Source of the DNA: a candidate division WOR_3 bacterium SM23_42
GTDB taxonomy: Bacteria; Hydrothermota; Tepidihabitantia; SM23-42
DNA: 64,000 nucleotides
Reading direction: 5' to 3'
Assembly (NCBI GenBank): GCA_001303785.1
Contig: LJUJ01000010.1
Span: 6,765-70,764 of the forward strand
Positions 57,797-64,000 of this stretch are shown here, piece after piece (the stretch's first letter is position 1; the number at the start of each line of letters is the position of its first letter). The notes under the pieces were generated by a model. That model did no database searches. It was not told the origin of the DNA and saw only the letters and a program-made list of their open reading frames with translations. A program made the position numbers and the translations under genes.

Positions 57797-58426
57797 ATGA
57801 ATAAAGAGAAGAATCGGATGCTGCTGGTTATCGATGTTCAGAATGATTTTTGCCCAGGAGGCAGCCTTGCCGTGCATGATGGGGATAGCGTGGTGCCGGT
57901 TGTCAATCGCCTTACTTCGCATTTCGATCTCGTTGTCGCCACGCAGGACTGGCATCCGGAAAATCACGTGTCGTTCGTAAAGAATCATCCGGGGAGAAAT
58001 GTGCATGATCGAATCTACGTGGACGGCATCAGTCAGGTGCTTTGGCCCACGCACTGCGTGGCCGGCACCCACGGCGCCGACTTTCATCCAGCACTTAACG
58101 CCGAGAACTTCCAGCTCATACTGCGCAAAGGAACGCACCCCTCGGTCGATTCCTATTCAGCTTTTATGGAAAATGATAAAAAAACAGTTACCGGGCTTGA
58201 AGGGTACCTCAAAGGATTAAGAATCGAAAACGTTTACGTGTGTGGGCTGGCTACCGATTATTGTGTTTTTCGTTCGGTGATGGATTCGGTTCAGGCAGGC
58301 TTCAAGACCCATGTTGTTATTGATGGATGTCGGGGAGTTAATGTGCCCCAAGGAAGTGTTGACAAAGCGATAGAAACAATGAAAGAAAATGGTGTATTGA
58401 TTTTACATTCGAGTGGTTTGCTATGA
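57797..58426 (+). CDS. pncA: Nicotinamidase/pyrazinamidase
   Basis: IDVQNDFCPGGSL; TQDWH; WPTHCV; KG..DSYSAF; GLATDYCV. Confidence 0.95.
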   Translation: MNKEKNRMLLVIDVQNDFCPGGSLAVHDGDSVVPVVNRLTSHFDLVVATQDWHPENHVSFVKNHPGRNVHDRIYVDGISQVLWPTHCVAGTHGADFHPALNAENFQLILRKGTHPSVDSYSAFMENDKKTVTGLEGYLKGLRIENVYVCGLATDYCVFRSVMDSVQAGFKTHVVIDGCRGVNVPQGSVDKAIETMKENGVLILHSSGLL

Positions 58427-59871
58427 AGAATCTCGCGCTCCTTACGGATTTCTATGAACTCACGATGCTTCAGGGATATTATTTCACGCTGCGGGAGGAG
58501 GATGCGGTGTTCGATATGTTTTTTAGGCGCCAGCCCTTTGGTGGGGGATTCACAATATGCGCTGGACTCGATCCACTTATCGATGCCATAATCGACTTGC
58601 GCTTCACCACTGAGGATATCGAATACCTTGACTCCCAGCGTATTTTCAAAAAAGAATTTCTAGACTATCTGGCTGAGTTCCGCTTTCTTGGAGATGTCTG
58701 TGCGGTTGAAGAAGGAAGTGTCATTTTTCCAAATGCACCGGTGGTCAGGGTGCATGGTAGGTTGATACAAGCACAACTCCTTGAGAGTGTGATTCTGAAT
58801 TTTATCAATTTTCAATCACTGATCGCAACGAAGACGGCGCGGATCGTTATTGCTTCGAATGGGGGTCCCGTACTCGAGTTCGGTTTGAGACGTGCGCACG
58901 GAGTCGACGGTGCGATTTCGGCAACCCGCGCCGCATATATTGGTGGGGCGGCTGCTACGTCCAATGTGCTTGCTGGTAAGAAATACAACATTCCGCTAAG
59001 TGGTACGATGGCACACAGCTGGGTCATGAGTTTTGATTCGGAGCTCAAGGCTTTCGAGAAATACGCCGAGACATATCCAGACAACTGCATACTTCTAGTT
59101 GATACCTTTGATACAATCAAGTCGGGCGTTCCAAACGCGATTCGGGTGTTCAGGAAATTGAAAAAGAGTGGGCAGAGAAAATTCGGTATCCGGCTCGATA
59201 GTGGAGATCTTGAATATTTAAGCAAAGAAGCGAGAAGGATGTTCGACGAAGCAGGACTGCCGGAAGCTAAAATATACGCTTCGAATGAGCTGGACGAGTG
59301 GATCATTAACCAGATCATGAAGAATGGTGCGTGTATCGATGCCTGGGGGGTCGGGACAAAGCTCGTGACCGGAGATCGAGATCCTTCACTCTCCGGTGTC
59401 TACAAAATTGTTGCGAAGGGCGTCGCTGGGAACTTCAAGCCCAGTATCAAAATTTCCAACAATCCGGAAAAAATAACCAACCCCGGAGTGAAAAACGTCT
59501 TTCGATTCTACGACAACGACAATATGATGCTTGCCGATCTCATATATCTGGAGGATGAGGAGGAGGTGTTGATAAAGGCCATTGAAAAACGTGAACCCCT
59601 GAGATTCAATCACCCCAGCTTCGATTACATGCATTTGATCTGTGCAGAATATGGTCCGGCAAAAAAATTGCTAAAGCCGGTCATCATTAAAGGTAAGCGG
59701 GTTTGTGAGCCTCGCGGCCTGCAGGATATCCGTGATTCAGCAAGGTCAGAGATCGACTCTCTTCATTCAACTTTCAAAAGGCTGATTAATCCGCACGTGT
59801 ATAAGGTGAGCATATCCGATCGCCTCAAGACGTTGAAGAAGAGGTTAATCGAAGATTCTTGCGCGGACTGA
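58423..59871 (+). CDS. pncB: Nicotinate phosphoribosyltransferase
   Basis: LLTDFYELTM; EFGLRRAHG; GTMAHS; LVDTFD; IRLDSGDL; GVGT. Confidence 0.95.
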   Translation: MKNLALLTDFYELTMLQGYYFTLREEDAVFDMFFRRQPFGGGFTICAGLDPLIDAIIDLRFTTEDIEYLDSQRIFKKEFLDYLAEFRFLGDVCAVEEGSVIFPNAPVVRVHGRLIQAQLLESVILNFINFQSLIATKTARIVIASNGGPVLEFGLRRAHGVDGAISATRAAYIGGAAATSNVLAGKKYNIPLSGTMAHSWVMSFDSELKAFEKYAETYPDNCILLVDTFDTIKSGVPNAIRVFRKLKKSGQRKFGIRLDSGDLEYLSKEARRMFDEAGLPEAKIYASNELDEWIINQIMKNGACIDAWGVGTKLVTGDRDPSLSGVYKIVAKGVAGNFKPSIKISNNPEKITNPGVKNVFRFYDNDNMMLADLIYLEDEEEVLIKAIEKREPLRFNHPSFDYMHLICAEYGPAKKLLKPVIIKGKRVCEPRGLQDIRDSARSEIDSLHSTFKRLINPHVYKVSISDRLKTLKKRLIEDSCAD

Positions 59872-59882
59872 TCCTTTAAGGT

Positions 59883-59911
59883 TTGACATAACTGAAGAAT
59901 TATGATATACT
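59883..59911 (+). promoter_or_regulatory. Promoter TTGACA-N17-TATACT, likely leaderless
   Basis: 6 nt before ATG 59918; no SD. Confidence 0.65.
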
Positions 59912-59917
59912 TATGCT

Positions 59918-62900
59918 ATGAAAGATGAAGAGCTTATTGTAAAGACAAAGCTCGATACCCCGCAGGTGAAAGGTAAAATATTACGTCGGCAGCGTCTGCT
60001 GGGTACCCTCAAGGAGAATCTAGAAAAGAAATTGATACTTATTTGTGCCGATGCTGGTTATGGCAAGACTACTCTTTTGGCGCAGTTCTGTCAGGAGATA
60101 AGGCGACCCTTTGTCTTTTATGATTTGGATGCCGAAGACAATGATGTCGCTACTTTCTTTAATTACCTGATTACCGGGATGCGGAGACATGTGCCCGTTT
60201 TTGGTGAAAGGGTGCGTACTGTTGTTGAGGAGAAACGGGGGAACGACATTATTACAGGTACCTTCATCAACGAATTCGTTGAGCGGGTGAATCATGACTT
60301 CTACATTATCTTGGACGATTATCATAGGCTGCACAAGAACCGTAAGATGGCCAGTATCATAGACTATTTTCTGCGACACCTGCCTAGACATCTACACTTC
60401 ATCATATCGTCTCGTACAACACCGCCAATCTACTTGTCTTATTACTTGGCTAAACAGGAATTATTGCATCTCGGTAAGGAACATCTTCAGTTTGACATAG
60501 AGGAGACCCAGGATCTCTTACGCAATGTATACCGATTGGATATTCATGAGGATGACGTGACGCGCATTGCAGAACTCTCCGAGGGATGGGTGACGGTAAT
60601 ACAACTCATACTGCAAAAGATCAGTGCAACGCCGGGAGCACAAGTCAGGGAGACACTCAACAGATATATAGCTTCGGGTGAAGACGTTTTTGATTACTTT
60701 GCGCAGGAGGTGTTCAAGAATCAGTCCACTCCAGTGCGTGATTTTCTGATGAAGACTTCGGTATTGGAATACTTGCGTCCCAGAATATGTGACCATGTAT
60801 TAGGTATTCGGACATCAGAGCAAATAATCGGCAAATTAGAAACCGAGCATGTGTTTGTCCTGCGCGCCGGCGATAACCTGCTGTACCATCCCCTTTTTCA
60901 GGAATTCTTGTATAAGATATTCGTGAACTCTTATCCCGCTCAATACGTAAGAAGGTTGCATACTACGGCGGGCGACTATTTCTACAAGGAGAAGGAGTAT
61001 TCTTCGGCCGTGCGTCATTTCATTCAGGCACGGCGCTATGCCCGTGCGACAAAGATACTTGATAAAAATTTCGAGCATTGGCTGTCATCGGGCGAATTTG
61101 CAGCCTTCGTGAAACTCGCTGGGATGATCCCGGAAACGTTTCTTGATACGCACCCGTATCTACTGCTGAAAGTGGCGAGGATGTATTTTGAACTCCTGAA
61201 AGCACAGCAGGGGCTCAAGGTTGCGGACAAAGCCCTGAAGAGATTGCGGAGAAGGCATGATCCAAGGGGAATGGCTAGAGCCTACAAGATGAAGTGGTTC
61301 GGTTATCACATTCTCATGCAATCCCGTAGGGCTCTCTATTCAATAACGAAGGCGTACCGACTGGTGAGTAGCAGAAGATCCCAGGAGAAGACTGAGATAA
61401 TGATGAACATGGGCACGGCCTACCGGATACTGGGTAAGTTCGGTAAGGCTGAGAAGGTGCTTCAGGAAACGCTTAGGGCAGCGCGTGTCTTGAAGAAAGC
61501 CGACTTGGAATGCGATGTGCTACACAAATTAGGCATGTTGTATTACAACATGTCCGATTTGAAACAAGCGGAGAAAGCATTTACCCAGATCGCCACGAAA
61601 TTTCGCGATCGGGTGTGCCCCCTTGAACTAGCCTACACCTACCGGACGCTTGGTTCGATTGCCATTGATAATGGTGATCTAGCAAAGGCGCTGGACCAAA
61701 TCGAGCGCGCCGAGGGTATTGTTCAGCAATACAGTGATCGCTATTTGAGTAGCTACTTGGTGTTGTTACGAGGAAGAGTTAATGTCTATCAGGGTAATTA
61801 TGCGAAGGCGATCGAATTGTTCCGACGGGTCATTGAACTCAATCGAGAAATAGACGTACGAATATCAGATCTGTACGCGCTGCTTGATCTTGTCGGTGTG
61901 TACTTGCGGATGAATGATATCCGCAACGGGCGTGAGGCGTTGAACCAGGCCGAGTCCGTGTTGGCTCAGAGCCAGGACATCCCGCAGCACGTGGTCCTTT
62001 TTCAAATAATGAAAGGCAGACTCGAGACAGCTGAGCGTAGGTTCGCTCAGGCACGATCATCACTTAGGAGCGCGCTGCAAATCAGTGAGAAAGTGTACGA
62101 TCCATATCAGGTAATGATGATACACTACGCACTGGGAGATTATTATCTCGCGCGCCGGCAAATATCGAAAGCATTTGACAACTTTAAGAAATGTCTCGCA
62201 ATTGCGCAAAAGCATGAATTTATTGCCTATCTGGTTTTAGAAGGAAGAACTGACCTTACACTTTTCGAATTGGCACTGGAAGAAAAACATATGGTAGATT
62301 TTTTACTGAGCGTATTGGGACACATAGAAACTGATAAAGCACAGGACATTGTGAATCGACTCAGCGTTGATGAGAAGGGTCATGACCTGGAGTGCAACTT
62401 TCTAGGTCAGCTGGAAATAAAAGATACCCACGGCCGTTCGATCACGGCGAACTGGAGAACCAATCGAGCAAAAGCGCTTTTCATTATGCTCAGCATGAAT
62501 CATCCCAAGGGTTGCACCAAGGACCAGCTTGTTGATGCATGCTGGCCTCAAAGACCTCTGAGTCGGGCAGTGCACAGTTTGCAAGTTGAGATGTCCGCCT
62601 TGAGAAAGATGATACGCGAGCTGGTTGATTCAAAACTCGATTCGAATAATGTCATAATCTTCCGGGGTCAAAACTACTCATTGAATCCCCGCATGCGTAT
62701 CAAGAAGGATGTTCAGGAATTCATGGCTTTGATAAATGATGCGGCCGCCCAGGAGTCCACCGACCGTGCACGGAGTATTCAATTATATGACCGGGCACTA
62801 GCATTGTATCGCGGTGATTTTTGCGATGACTTGCGTGTGGACTGGTGTGCTGATATGCGATCGTATTATAAGGGAATGGCTTTGCGGGTCATGAAGAAAC

Positions 62901-63142
62901 TAGCACAGTTTAATTATGACGCGCGGGACGTGAATAAGGGATTGGCGTTGTTTCGTGAGGCGGAGAGCCGTGACCCGTATGACGAAGAGATACATATCGG
63001 AATAATGAGATGTCTGACAGCACTCAAAGATAGCGACGGTGTGCAGAGGCAATACCAGAAGCTAATAGAAACTCTGAGCGAGCTGCACATTTCTTCACCG
63101 TCGCGTGAGGCTACACAGATCTACCAGGATAGTCTGGCTTAG
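59918..63142 (+). CDS. MalT-like STAND NTPase-TPR regulator with C-terminal wHTH/BTAD (SARP-like) domain
   Basis: TKL..P; ADAGYGKTT P-loop; ILDDYH; YHPLF; TPRs; LYRGDF; DPYDEE. Confidence 0.88.
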   Translation: MKDEELIVKTKLDTPQVKGKILRRQRLLGTLKENLEKKLILICADAGYGKTTLLAQFCQEIRRPFVFYDLDAEDNDVATFFNYLITGMRRHVPVFGERVRTVVEEKRGNDIITGTFINEFVERVNHDFYIILDDYHRLHKNRKMASIIDYFLRHLPRHLHFIISSRTTPPIYLSYYLAKQELLHLGKEHLQFDIEETQDLLRNVYRLDIHEDDVTRIAELSEGWVTVIQLILQKISATPGAQVRETLNRYIASGEDVFDYFAQEVFKNQSTPVRDFLMKTSVLEYLRPRICDHVLGIRTSEQIIGKLETEHVFVLRAGDNLLYHPLFQEFLYKIFVNSYPAQYVRRLHTTAGDYFYKEKEYSSAVRHFIQARRYARATKILDKNFEHWLSSGEFAAFVKLAGMIPETFLDTHPYLLLKVARMYFELLKAQQGLKVADKALKRLRRRHDPRGMARAYKMKWFGYHILMQSRRALYSITKAYRLVSSRRSQEKTEIMMNMGTAYRILGKFGKAEKVLQETLRAARVLKKADLECDVLHKLGMLYYNMSDLKQAEKAFTQIATKFRDRVCPLELAYTYRTLGSIAIDNGDLAKALDQIERAEGIVQQYSDRYLSSYLVLLRGRVNVYQGNYAKAIELFRRVIELNREIDVRISDLYALLDLVGVYLRMNDIRNGREALNQAESVLAQSQDIPQHVVLFQIMKGRLETAERRFAQARSSLRSALQISEKVYDPYQVMMIHYALGDYYLARRQISKAFDNFKKCLAIAQKHEFIAYLVLEGRTDLTLFELALEEKHMVDFLLSVLGHIETDKAQDIVNRLSVDEKGHDLECNFLGQLEIKDTHGRSITANWRTNRAKALFIMLSMNHPKGCTKDQLVDACWPQRPLSRAVHSLQVEMSALRKMIRELVDSKLDSNNVIIFRGQNYSLNPRMRIKKDVQEFMALINDAAAQESTDRARSIQLYDRALALYRGDFCDDLRVDWCADMRSYYKGMALRVMKKLAQFNYDARDVNKGLALFREAESRDPYDEEIHIGIMRCLTALKDSDGVQRQYQKLIETLSELHISSPSREATQIYQDSLA

Positions 63143-63189
63143 GCTAGCGTGTTTGTCGGCAGTCGAGAGTTGAATCCTATCGGTGTGGC

Positions 63190-64000
63190 ATGAAGAAGAC
63201 GAACCTGATACTTCAAACGAAACTTGAACCCCCGGGCGTAAAAGGAACATTCCTGCGTCGTGAGCGCTTGCTGAACTTATTCAGAGAAAACCTGGACAAG
63301 AAGCTAATACTGCTTTGTGCCGACGCTGGTTACGGTAAGACGACGCTGCTGGCCCAGTTGTGTGAGGATATCTCGGTGCCATTTGTCTACTACGATCTCG
63401 ATGATACCGACAGCAATATGGCAACATTCTTTAGTTATCTGGTTGCGGGCGTGCGTAAACATGAGACGCGTTTTGGTAAGGCCGTCGAGGATCTGATTCC
63501 CCAGACCGGCAATGTTGACATAGTAGTCGGTACGTTCATTAACCAATTCATAAAGGTTGTAAAGGGCGAATTCTACATCATCCTTGATGATTTTCACTAT
63601 CTACAGAACAACCGCAGAATCTGTAGTGCGATAGACTATTTTCTCCGTCATCTACCCAAGAACCTACATTTCATCATTTCTTCACGGGCAGTTCCTAATA
63701 TCAATCTCGCTTATTACCTGGCTAAACAGGAATTATTTAAAATGGAGAAAGAACAGCTGCGATTCAATGATGAAGAAATTCAATCATTGCTTGCTACTGT
63801 CTACCGTCTGAAGGTGTCACCGGACGAGATTAGGCGTATCGCTGAATTCTCGAAGGGCTGGATCACTGTGCTACAGCTTATTTTGCAGCGAATCCGCACC
63901 GCCGGTGAGGACACAACGCAAGATACTCTCGATAACTACGCTGCGTCTGATGAGAATATCTTCAATTATTTCGCGCGAGAAGTTTTTGAACAAACGCCAG
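63190..64000 (+). CDS. Second MalT-like STAND regulator paralog, truncated by window end
   Basis: ATG 63190 MKKTNLILQTKLEPP...LLCADAGYGKTTLLAQ...ILDDFH; absent from the ORF track because it has no stop in the window. Confidence 0.88.
   Translation, partial: MKKTNLILQTKLEPPGVKGTFLRRERLLNLFRENLDKKLILLCADAGYGKTTLLAQLCEDISVPFVYYDLDDTDSNMATFFSYLVAGVRKHETRFGKAVEDLIPQTGNVDIVVGTFINQFIKVVKGEFYIILDDFHYLQNNRRICSAIDYFLRHLPKNLHFIISSRAVPNINLAYYLAKQELFKMEKEQLRFNDEEIQSLLATVYRLKVSPDEIRRIAEFSKGWITVLQLILQRIRTAGEDTTQDTLDNYAASDENIFNYFAREVFEQTP

Noticed and set aside
1-64000. Genome-wide TGA reassignment (code 4/25)
   Set aside because: TGA clearly ends nfo, topA, pncA, pncB and CTD genes at expected C-termini, and Trp is encoded by TGG

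Overview
Bacterial window (genetic code 11, diderm), probably from a WOR-3/FCB-like lineage; this placement is inferred from gene content. About 0.5-31.9 kb is a secretome island. The window holds 14 genes for signal-peptide proteins ending in T9SS-type C-terminal sorting domains (CTDs), 13 of them in this island. Their passengers include SBBP, YVTN, BNR, FG-GAP/VCBS and right-handed beta-helix repeats. The island also carries a TonB-dependent receptor, an OmpA-family protein, an HgcC-like AbrB protein and an operon of fused hydrolases. The remainder holds a TetR/LolA-like/porin/MMPL operon, two GNATs, two radical SAM proteins, two HD-GYP proteins, a PorV-like protein, accA, nfo, topA, pncA/pncB and two MalT-like regulators. 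The top finding is that ORFs 11510-11797 and 11819-12913 are one reading frame interrupted by a single TGA, in a Cys-TGA (CU) context and followed by a SECIS-like hairpin. This is a candidate 467-aa secreted, CTD-bearing selenoprotein, transcribed divergently from the HgcC-like gene. Other findings are near-consensus promoters with a 16-bp spacer, leaderless starts, MITE-like elements, signs of CTD module shuffling, 7/8-nt repeats inside coding DNA, and possible non-canonical start codons. No rRNA, tRNA, CRISPR array or transposase was recognised. All family assignments come from reading motifs, not from database searches.
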